DNA of 45,048 nt from Myxococcota bacterium. GTDB lineage: Bacteria > Myxococcota_A > Bradymonadia > UBA7976 > UBA1532. Positions 1 through 8,000 of this stretch are shown in pieces (position 1 is the stretch's first letter; each line of letters opens with the position of its first letter). The stretch is taken from contig JAYZEG010000026.1 in the NCBI GenBank assembly GCA_036337435.1, forward strand, positions 1 to 45,048. Direction: 5' to 3'. Below the pieces are notes generated by a model, which was given only the letters and a program-made list of their open reading frames with translations, had not been told where the DNA came from and did no database searches. Made by a program: the position numbers and the translations under genes.

Positions 1-587
1 AGGTCAGGTCCTCGAGCACTGCACACAGCTTGATAGGGATCCTCACCACACACGACAACACCCACGCTTCGACAAACGCCGGTGTTCAACTCGCAAGGCT
101 GCCCGAGTTCGGGATAGGCCTCGTCGACTTGGCCATCGCAATCATCATCGAGCCCATTGCAAGCCTCTGCCGAGGGCCGCCCTGGCTCTGCATCGCATTC
201 GGCCCGCTGGGGAGTTCGACATGCGATCACGCCCCGCCGCTGACACGCCCCGTGTCCAACGGTACAATCCGAACCAGCGTCATAAGACTCATCAATTAAG
301 CCATCGCAATCATCATCCGCTCCGTTACAGAGCTCCTCCATAAAGTCCGGACAGGTTTCGGAATCGACTTGCCTGGCGTCGGCGGTCCCTTGATGGCCTG
401 AATCGTGATGGCCTGCACCCAGGTCAGCGTGCGGTGTCAGTCCCAGATCTGAACCGACTTCACCCTGTTGGACCTGACAAGCGGAACACAAAAGGGCCAG
501 AAGAATAGACAACCGTGTCTTTGGGGTTTTCGTCGTAGAGCCGTCTGCTTGACGCTGAAAACCAGCAGGCCAAGTCGCGTATGTCAT
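1..587 (-). CDS. Putative lipoprotein with MopE-like 'putative metal-binding' Cys/Asp repeats (partial, runs off the left edge; not in the ORF track)
   Basis: Manual minus-strand translation from ATG 587 (ATGA overlap with the upstream stop) is open to the window edge: MTYATW...RLSILLALLCSAC (lipobox-like), then ELCNGADDDCDGLIDE and EACNGLDDDCDGQVDE repeats separated by C-x-x-G-x-G-x-C-x3-G spacers, as in myxobacterial repeat proteins. Confidence 0.8.
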   Translation of the reverse strand, partial: MTYATWPAGFQRQADGSTTKTPKTRLSILLALLCSACQVQQGEVGSDLGLTPHADLGAGHHDSGHQGTADARQVDSETCPDFMEELCNGADDDCDGLIDESYDAGSDCTVGHGACQRRGVIACRTPQRAECDAEPGRPSAEACNGLDDDCDGQVDEAYPELGQPCELNTGVCRSVGVVVCGEDPYQAVCSARGPD

Positions 588-1042
588 CTATCGAACCAAT
601 TTGGCAAATCCGCTAAAAACTGCTCGCGCCAATGATACGCAGCTAAAAGCGACTCATCGTAATCACCTAACAGGGCTCGGGCGATAAAAAGTGCCTCAAC
701 GGACGCAAGTCCTCCGGCCGGATCAGGGAAGGTTGTCCCCACACGCGGATAGGCTGTTGTGACACCAGCGGGTATCGAGCGGGCGATGGGGTCGCCCACG
801 ACGGCCGCTTTGACTCTGGGCAACAAACGCCAAGTCGCATCCAACAGAAGTAGCGGCCGTCCGGCATCCGCAACGCTCAGGGCTGGTGCGTCAACTGCCA
901 GCAGCGTGTAGCCATCAGCATTGAACTCAAAGCCTTGCTTTGCTTTGTAAAACTGAATCTCCTCGCGATCGTGCAAAGGCGTTAATGAGCATTTACTCAA
1001 CCGTTCTTTCGGATGCCGTATAACAACAGTCTCAATTCTCAT
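584..1042 (-). CDS. TDD-superfamily (Tsr3/DTW-like) putative aminocarboxypropyltransferase
   Basis: 152 aa with HPKERLSKCSL, LLLLDATW (DxTW), RSIP...TAYPR, LASVEAL and YHW..QFL. This motif order is shared by Tsr3 and DTW proteins. Confidence 0.72.
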   Translation of the reverse strand: MRIETVVIRHPKERLSKCSLTPLHDREEIQFYKAKQGFEFNADGYTLLAVDAPALSVADAGRPLLLLDATWRLLPRVKAAVVGDPIARSIPAGVTTAYPRVGTTFPDPAGGLASVEALFIARALLGDYDESLLAAYHWREQFLADLPNWFDR

Positions 1043-2216
1043 GGCGTGCCCCTTCCCCTTTGAGAAACGCGGCCACCTCCATAGACTGGGTTACGTTCAT
1101 CACTTTCCCCTGCCGTCGTGTTCCTCGGCCCCCCCCTCGTACTGTGAATTGGTCATCAAGACGAGCCATGATTCGGTCCAAGTGGTCAGGCTGCCCGAAA
1201 AGCGCGAAATTCATCTCGCCGCCCGACGCCGAGTCGTGAACCAAAACGACCACCTCCGAATTCAGGTCTGCTGCCAGCCGTCCGACGGTTGATACAAAGT
1301 GAGGATGTAGAACAGGCCGCTCAATGCTGTAAAAACCATCGGCATCAGAAACCTGAGCCATTAATTCTTCTGCGAGCCGGCCTTCGATTTTAGCAACGTC
1401 TTTCGCCATCTGCTTCAGCTGTTCCTGCAGTCGTTCCACTGCATCTAAATGATGTCTGGCAGGTTCCGAAAGCAACCTCGTCATTCCGTCTGATTGCGTC
1501 AAAAGTGTTCTATGAGATTCGATCAAGCGCGTTCCAGCGAGGAAAAAAAGTCGCGTCTTGCCCTTATCGACTTGAGCGCCGACAAATCGTACAGCTTGAA
1601 GTTCAGCGGTGTTTCGAACGTGAGTGCCACCACACGGGTTCAAATCAACCTGCCCGATCCGGATCATACGTAGCGCACCATCGCCTGGTGCCAATCGTCT
1701 GAAACGAGCACCAGCCTCGGCGAGTGAATTCCTTTCCATCGACTCAACCCCAACATCGATCCCAGACCGAATCTGCTGATTGACAGCCTCTTCGAGTGCC
1801 ATGAGCTGGGCTTGAGGCGGCATCGCCGTATCGAGAACAATATCGGAGCGGTCCACATTTAAGTGGAACGCAAGGGTCTCCCAGCCAAAAAGGTCGATGG
1901 CTGTCGCCGTAATCAAATGCTGAGCCGTGTGTTGCTGCATGTGGTCGAAACGCCTCGCCCAGTCTATGGTCATGACCACCTCACCTAATGTGACAGCCCG
2001 ATCGGTCAAAACAGTCGGCGCAGAGGCATCTTGGACGTAATCTATGACGACCGCATCACCCAGCATAGCTCGGTCGGCTGGCTGACCACCGCCGCCAGGA
2101 TAGGCGATCGACTCCGAGATGGAGACACGGAATCCGCCTTCAACCCGGCTGCAGCCTGTGACCACAACCCGTGCCTCTGTACAATAACTGTCATGATGAC
2201 ACGCTAAAAGTCGCAC
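1032..2216 (-). CDS. alaX: Alanyl-tRNA editing protein (AlaX, long form with C-terminal DHHA1-like region)
   Basis: YPGGGGQPAD Gly motif, RRFDHMQQHTAQH (HxxxH), CGGTH (CxxxH) Zn editing motifs, C-terminal RGGG. GTG start. Confidence 0.9.
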   Translation of the reverse strand: MRLLACHHDSYCTEARVVVTGCSRVEGGFRVSISESIAYPGGGGQPADRAMLGDAVVIDYVQDASAPTVLTDRAVTLGEVVMTIDWARRFDHMQQHTAQHLITATAIDLFGWETLAFHLNVDRSDIVLDTAMPPQAQLMALEEAVNQQIRSGIDVGVESMERNSLAEAGARFRRLAPGDGALRMIRIGQVDLNPCGGTHVRNTAELQAVRFVGAQVDKGKTRLFFLAGTRLIESHRTLLTQSDGMTRLLSEPARHHLDAVERLQEQLKQMAKDVAKIEGRLAEELMAQVSDADGFYSIERPVLHPHFVSTVGRLAADLNSEVVVLVHDSASGGEMNFALFGQPDHLDRIMARLDDQFTVRGGGRGTRRQGKVMNVTQSMEVAAFLKGEGARHEN

Positions 2217-2302
2217 AAAACCCCCATGACTGACCCGTTACGAAGGTAATTGGAACGCCCGTCTACTTCAAGGCTGGATCAATGGGTTGTGCCCAAATCC
2301 AA

Positions 2303-3850
2303 TCAACCGAACAAATTAAAGGTCGCTGGGGCCACCGCGCCCGCTTGCGAAAACCCCCTTCGACCATAGGTGGTCTGAGGCCCCTTGTCCGGTCTCATAG
2401 TCGCTTGATCAACGACAGCTTGCTCGCGTGCACGCTCCTCTGCGGAATACTCAACGCCGCTCGCTTGGTCAGTCTCCACAGGGAGCTGACGTCCCCCCAC
2501 CGCATTTGGATCGGCCGATGCGTCGTTACGGCGTGGCTCAGACGGATTGAATCCACCTCCGCTGGCTGACGACTCGCCACCGTCCGAGCTATCTGGGACG
2601 ACACTACGCCTGTCGCCCTGACGATTCGGAACGACAGGCATCTCGGGACCTTGGACCTCAGGCGTGTTGGTTTGCGGCTTGTCTAAGGGCGTGCTGGCTG
2701 ACTCAGTCTGATCCCTTGACCCGGTCGCCTTCACTGTTGCTTTGTTGAAACCGGGATGCGTCTGCTTTTCCCTCTGTTCGACTTGCAGCTCCATCCTCGC
2801 TTGATTCGCATACTGTCGAGCGCGTGCCGCGACTCGGCGATCCGCACCCGATGGTTCAGCAGGGGCCAACGCCGCTCTTTGAATCGTTTGCATCTTCTGA
2901 ATTGTCGCCGCCGGATCCCCCTTGATGGGTGAAATATCTACTGGAACCTCTCCTGCGACTGCATAGCGTTTCCCGTCGGGGCCCGTTTCATAGGACAGAG
3001 AAATCGCACCGCTATGCCCACCAGCGGCACTCTTATGGGCCTGTTCATGGGCGCGCACTTCAGCATCCCGCTGGGCAAGCTCATCGACGCGAGCCTGCTC
3101 CTCTTCACTGAGTTCTTGCTGGTCCTGCCCTTTCTTTTTTGCAGGACTCTGTTTTGTGCTTGCTTTGTCGGAGCCATTGTCTCCACCAGTCCCGCTGTGC
3201 CCGTGCCCTTCATCGGCCTCGGAGTAGCCTTTTTCGGCACCAGAATCGGACTCGCTGCCATTGTCGTTGTTGGACGTTGCTGCTGCCTCTTTGAGCGTTA
3301 CTCCGCTCTCCTCACCCTGACTCGCCCCGACGTTTGCATCGGAGCGTTCAGCAGACTGCTGCGGCTCAACCACAGGCTGGCTGACCACAACCTGCGACGC
3401 TTCAGTCGGCCGTACCTGAGCACGCCGTCGCGCACTTCGACTCAATTCAACGGTGTCATCACGCTGCCGATCAATCGCCGCACTTTCAGGGTCAGTGCCA
3501 CGGATCCCGCCCGTCGCGGATAGCCCTTCTAAAGGCCCTTGACCGGGCTGTGCAACGACGCCGAGGATTTTCTGTCGACGGTTGGTTTGTTCGACGGCCA
3601 TCGCGAACAGCTTGTTCGAGTCAAAACCGGTTTCCGACTTCTTTTTTAAAATATTGAAGGCAGACGAACAGGCATCACAGTGCGCATCTGCCAATGGATG
3701 AGACTGCTCAGCACCGTCCTGCTGGATCCGCAGGACACCATCTTGCTCAAATAACTGAAAAACGGGTTTCTGCGCCGCGGTGTTTGCACTAGGCTGAAAA
3801 CCGGCGACACCGCAGACAAGATCTCCAATAGACGACAAAATAAATCCCAA
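2303..3850 (-). CDS. SprA-related family protein (putative metalloprotease) with long low-complexity flanks
   Basis: Core RDAEVRAHEQAH (HExxH), YETGPDGKRYAVAGEVPVD and IQRAALAPAEPSGADRRVAA are characteristic of the SprA-related family. Start codon uncertain (TTG 3850 or downstream). Confidence 0.8.
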   Translation of the reverse strand: MGFILSSIGDLVCGVAGFQPSANTAAQKPVFQLFEQDGVLRIQQDGAEQSHPLADAHCDACSSAFNILKKKSETGFDSNKLFAMAVEQTNRRQKILGVVAQPGQGPLEGLSATGGIRGTDPESAAIDRQRDDTVELSRSARRRAQVRPTEASQVVVSQPVVEPQQSAERSDANVGASQGEESGVTLKEAAATSNNDNGSESDSGAEKGYSEADEGHGHSGTGGDNGSDKASTKQSPAKKKGQDQQELSEEEQARVDELAQRDAEVRAHEQAHKSAAGGHSGAISLSYETGPDGKRYAVAGEVPVDISPIKGDPAATIQKMQTIQRAALAPAEPSGADRRVAARARQYANQARMELQVEQREKQTHPGFNKATVKATGSRDQTESASTPLDKPQTNTPEVQGPEMPVVPNRQGDRRSVVPDSSDGGESSASGGGFNPSEPRRNDASADPNAVGGRQLPVETDQASGVEYSAEERAREQAVVDQATMRPDKGPQTTYGRRGFSQAGAVAPATFNLFG

Positions 3851-3875
3851 AATTGATACTGGTTACCCATGAACG

Positions 3876-3902
3876 ACATCGGCACCATTGGCTAAAACTT
3901 GA
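3876..3902 (-). promoter_or_regulatory. Putative sigma28 (FliA/WhiG-type) promoter of the SprA-related gene
   Basis: Minus strand reads TCAAGTTT-N11-GCCGATGT versus consensus TAAAGTTT-N11-GCCGATAA. T-tracts lie immediately upstream (A-tracts 3902-3920 on +, UP-element-like). Confidence 0.55.
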
Positions 3903-4063
3903 AAAAAAAATGAAAAAAAATGTTGTCTTGAGCTTAATGGCTGGGTGTGTCCCAAATCTCTCGACTGTGACTGGCAATTTATGGTCGGAGTCAAGCACTG
4001 CGTGCCTTGACCTGTGAATGACAATACTGACGGTACGCTTAAGAAAGAAAGGTGGGCACGTCA

Positions 4064-5020
4064 ATGCAGCTCTCTAGGAAATTGATCATCGCCGGCAACG
4101 TGATCGCATTCATTGCTGTCGCAATTGCCGCCCTGGCCCTCAAGGCGACCAAGAGCACACGGCGGCCGCCGAACAACCCATCAAAAACCATGTTAGCCAA
4201 AGCGGTCAAGCTAGAGGCAGACGGGGCATTCAAAGACGCCGCCATGGCCTATCAGGCATCTTTGAAGCGACTCAATGCCACCGACCGAGTCGACGCTCAA
4301 AAAGGCTATTGGCGGGCCCAAGCACAAGCATTATTAAGCTTGGTCAGCACAGACCCAGATTACGTCGCTTCGTTTAAAGCGCATACGGAGATGTTTTATG
4401 ATCCCCGATACAAAGTGGACGACCTGTCACAGCTTATTCGCATGCAGAACGCCCTGTATACACGGACCGTTAAAACGGTATCGGGGGCTGGTTCGATTGC
4501 GAAAGATTGGTCTATTTGGCTCACATGGCTCAAGGCGCAAGCCGCGTCCATGAACGATGAACCAAATCTTGCGCTCAAGTCTCTCGAGCCTTTTCTCCTT
4601 GTATTCCCAGACCACCGACAGGGTCTCGTTCTCAGGTACAAACTTGCCAACGAACTGAAACTGGACGCCCTCGCGTTACGGACGGCGAGACATCTGACGA
4701 AGTTACAACCGTCATCGGTGTTGACAACTGAGATTGCGGAGATCCTCATTCGTACGGGTGGTTACCCTGAAGCGCGCGAACTGATGAAGGGCGAAATTGA
4801 AGCCAATGGGGCTACGACGACAACCGTGTTGCTGCTTTCGAGAGCCCACCTTGAAGCTGGTGATGGCAAAGAGGCGGCACTGGTTTTGACGAGAGCGATG
4901 GACTTGGTGAGCAACCCAAAGGCATTGGCCAAGGGGATCGAGCTCTTGAGACGTCGAGGTTATCCCGATTTAGCCGACCGACTTCGAAAGCGACTTACAA
5001 CGCGCACGCCCTCCCAATAA
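4064..5020 (+). CDS. Membrane-anchored TPR-like helical repeat protein
   Basis: ATG 4064 after AAAGGTGGG; N-terminal hydrophobic anchor; TPR-like helices (AVKLEADGAFKDAAMAY, AEILIRTGGYPEARELM, SRAHLEAGDGKEAALVL). Confidence 0.65.
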   Translation: MQLSRKLIIAGNVIAFIAVAIAALALKATKSTRRPPNNPSKTMLAKAVKLEADGAFKDAAMAYQASLKRLNATDRVDAQKGYWRAQAQALLSLVSTDPDYVASFKAHTEMFYDPRYKVDDLSQLIRMQNALYTRTVKTVSGAGSIAKDWSIWLTWLKAQAASMNDEPNLALKSLEPFLLVFPDHRQGLVLRYKLANELKLDALALRTARHLTKLQPSSVLTTEIAEILIRTGGYPEARELMKGEIEANGATTTTVLLLSRAHLEAGDGKEAALVLTRAMDLVSNPKALAKGIELLRRRGYPDLADRLRKRLTTRTPSQ

Positions 5021-5037
5021 GTGCGCACGTCGTGTCC

Positions 5038-8000
5038 TTATCGCTCTCTGAAAAAGATGAACCATTGACCTGCCCCCACACCGCTTCGCCCACACTTGTG
5101 AGTCGAATCATCTTCACCCCAATCGGTCCCGTCGCTTTGATTTGAGTCCATACAACGGTCGTCAAAGTCCACGGTAAAATCACCGGTATCACCGCAGGAA
5201 TCCTCTCCTTCACAATATCCCGAGTTCCATCGATTATTCCTTGGTAAGGTTTGCCCGGTCAGGTTATTCCTACGGGCGGGCTCCGGCTGTGTATCACCAC
5301 GTCCATTCTGCTCTTCGAAACAACTATTTCGGTCGGCACTCGCCCCAGACCATTCGCGATACCAATTCACATTGTAAAAACTGAGGTCAACTGTCATTCG
5401 ATCACCCGGCAGGCCAATGAAGTCCCGACAAACGAACCGGACGTCCGCATTTCCACCAAAACCACGCATGTCCCGCCAAACGCCGCTCATATTTCCTGGC
5501 GGTGCAATCGTCGCCAGATTCGAATGGTAATTTTGTCGACTGTCATTTACTGGGTCCCTGGTGCTCGAAACCAGTGTCCAACCACCACCATCGACGGCCA
5601 TATCACAAAAAACCGCGCGACGCGTATTTGTCCCCGGGGGCACCAAATTATAGGTTCCCGTTACACGACAGCCATCGTTATAAGCCGCTTTGCAACTCCG
5701 ATAATTTCCTTGGCATTCCTCGCCTGGAATTCCCGGTGACCCGTCATCTCCACCATTACGAACACAAATCACACGTCCGTTGTTATCAATGCCTTGAACC
5801 ACCTCGTCATCATCGCAAGATTGATTTCTCCGTACCACTTGTCTGCATGCTGTTGTCCCGTTGGCCGTCACTTGTACCAATGCTTGACCTTCACCGCACG
5901 TCCGCGCCGGTAAACTCGTCAACCCTTGACGGTCGCGCTCACAAACCAGAGCCCCATTGGCATTGATTCCTTTAGCGAAGAATCCATTCTGACACGTTTG
6001 GTTGGCGGACGTGAGCTGTCGGCACCGTGTGGCCCCATTTGCATCCAAACGATACAAAGCCTGGCCTGCACCACAATTGCGGGCTGGCAAACTCGTCAAC
6101 CCTTGGCGATCTCGTTCGCAAACCAAGGCACCGTTCTGGTTAATCCCTCTGGCGAAGAAGCCAGCATCGCAACTCTGATTCGACTTCGTCAACTGTCGAC
6201 ACGCCGTGGTCCCATCGGCATTAAGACGGTAGAGGGCCTGGCCTGAACCACAATTCCTCGCTGGCAGACTGGTCAAACCTGTTGCGTCGGCAACACAAGT
6301 AAGCGCCCCAGAGCTGGAGATCCTGCGGACGACCTGTCCATCTGGACATTCTCTCGTGCCGCTGCGAAGAGTCCGACATGCCGTGGTCCCATCGGCATTG
6401 ATTCGGTACAAAGCCTGTCCCGCTGGACATGTCCGAGCAGGCACAGCTGTCAACCCCCGCTGGTCGGCGGCGCAGACGATGCTTCCACTCGAATTAATTG
6501 TGACAATGAATTCACCATCGGGACACGACGTCCTACCCTTTCGGACAGTTCCACAGTTGGCACTGCCGTCGGCATTGATTCCAGTGACAACCTGGCTGGC
6601 AGGGCAGGTCGTTACAGGTAGGCTCGACAGTCCTTGTCTGTCTCGTTCGCAAACCAAGGCTCCATCTGCATTGATCCCACGGGCAAAGAAACCAGCATCA
6701 CAACTTTGATTGGCACGAGCCAACCTTCGGCAAGCGGTCGTGCCGTCTGCATTCAACCGATATAGGGCCTGCCCGGCACCACAGTTTCGCGCGGGGAGCG
6801 ACGATAGGCCTTGACGATCGGGCGCACACGTGAGTGCTCCGCTGGTATCGATACCAGTCGCAACTTCGCCGTCCGGACACGCACGCTGTCCTGAATGTAA
6901 GCGGCGGCATGCCGTGCTCCCGTCAGCATTGATTCGGAACAAAGCCTGTCCAGCTCCACAGGTTCGGGCTGGTAATTCAATCTGCCCTTGATCATTCTGA
7001 TCAGCCGCACATTGGACACTGCCATCCGCATTGATTCGGATAATCTTTTCATTGGCACCACAACTCTGATCACCTGTCCGCACGACCGAACAGACCGCAC
7101 TGCCATTGGGGTTGATGCCCGAGACCACCTGGCCTGCGGGACAACGGGTTCTCGGCAAGCTGGTCAACCCCTGCTGGTCGCGAACACAAATCAGCGCGCC
7201 TTCATCGTTGATCCCGCGGGCAACAAAGCCGTCATCACAGCCTTGATCGACCGACGTAATGCGACGACAAGCCGTCGTGCCGTCTGCGCCGATTTGATAC
7301 AAAGCCTGTCCAGCCCCGCACGTGCGTGCAGGCAAGGCGGTCAAACCCTGACGATCGACAACGCAATCCAACGCACCATTGGCTCTGACACCTGTGGCAA
7401 CTTGCCCCACGGGACACGCTCTGGCACCCGAATGGAGCGTTCGACAGGCCGTATTGCCCTCAGCATCGATTCTGAATAACGCCTGGTTGGCTCCGCAAGT
7501 CCGTGCTGGAATGCTCACTAGGCCCTGTGCATCAGCCTGACAGACGAGAGACCCGTCAGCATTCACGCCCGTCGCAACCTGGCCGTCTGGACACGCTGCC
7601 TGACCCGATCTGAGCCGGCGGCACGCAGTGGTTCCGTCTGCGTTAATTCTAAACAAGGCTTGACCAGCCCCGCAGGTTCTCGCAGGTAAGGCCGTCAGCC
7701 CGGCATTATCAGCCACACAAGTGAGCTGGCCATTGGCACTGATCCCGGTGGCGACCTGGCCATCAGGGCATGCCGACTGGCCTCCGTGGAGTTGCCGACA
7801 TGCGGTCTCGCCATTGGCTCCGATCCGGAACAAAGCCTGGTTTGCACCACATTCCCGTGCGGGCAACTGAGTCAGGCCTTGGCCATCGGCAGCACAGTCC
7901 AATTGACCATTGGCACGGATGCCAGTCGCGACCTGCCCTGCCGGGCAAGCGCGGACACCAGCGTGGACAACACGACATTCGGTATTGCCACTTTCATCGA

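Noticed and set aside
30..299. 89-aa plus-strand ORF from the track
   Set aside because: Antisense shadow of the minus-strand MopE-like repeat gene (IAIIIEPIA is the reverse complement of the CNGLDDDC codons).
2243..2271. Possible sigma70 promoter TTGAAG-N17-TACCTT on the minus strand upstream of alaX
   Set aside because: Spacing is right but the match is weak; such hits are frequent by chance.
3902..3920. Two poly-A tracts as a phase-variation switch
   Set aside because: They lie outside the promoter spacer and outside any CDS; better explained as an UP or bending element.
5038..5720. Fibre tip as a diversity-generating retroelement or shufflon target
   Set aside because: No reverse transcriptase, recombinase, template repeat or alternative tip cassette is visible in the window.
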